A stretch of 6,886 nt of DNA. Source: Amoebophrya sp. A120. Taxonomy: Eukaryota > Protista > Dinoflagellata. Location: NCBI GenBank assembly GCA_905178155.1, contig CAJINV010000105.1, forward strand, positions 1-6,886. Reading direction: 5' to 3'. The position numbers and the translations under genes were made by a program. Below are positions 6,825 through 6,886 of this stretch, one piece after another; the stretch's first letter is position 1; each line of letters starts with the position of its first letter. A model generated the notes under the pieces. It ran no database searches. It was given only the letters and a program-made list of their open reading frames with translations, and had not been told where the DNA came from.

Positions 6825-6886
6825 TATCCTATTTAAAAACGTCCTCACCCCATAGTTGTAATGCAAATCTGCATGCTGAAAATGTT
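6825..6886. mobile_element. Introner-like element, family A, right end outside window
   Basis: TATCCTATTTAAAAACGTCCTCACCCCATAGTTGTAATGCAAATCTGCATGC matches the left ends at 3188 and 5538. Confidence 0.85.

Overview
Eukaryotic genomic DNA. The style fits an Amoebophrya/Syndiniales-like dinoflagellate, but that is inference. The window is the interior of one minus-strand gene, truncated at both ends. Ten exons rejoin into an uninterrupted 806-codon frame encoding an androglobin-like (calpain-family) protein. Eight complete and two edge-truncated interruptions are non-canonical introner-like elements (complete ones 150-320 bp). Each has TAT-N7-AA(A/G)-type imperfect terminal inverted repeats and a 5-bp flanking direct repeat. 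Removing the element plus one repeat copy restores the frame every time, and no GT-AG, GC-AG or AT-AC register exists. They form about 4 families sharing a TTGTNATGC motif. The one apparently canonical GT-AG intron (618-2825) hosts a 2.0-kb non-autonomous DNA transposon with 78-bp TIRs, an 8-bp TSD, a 12 x 68/72-bp hairpin/G4 array and a second palindromic array.
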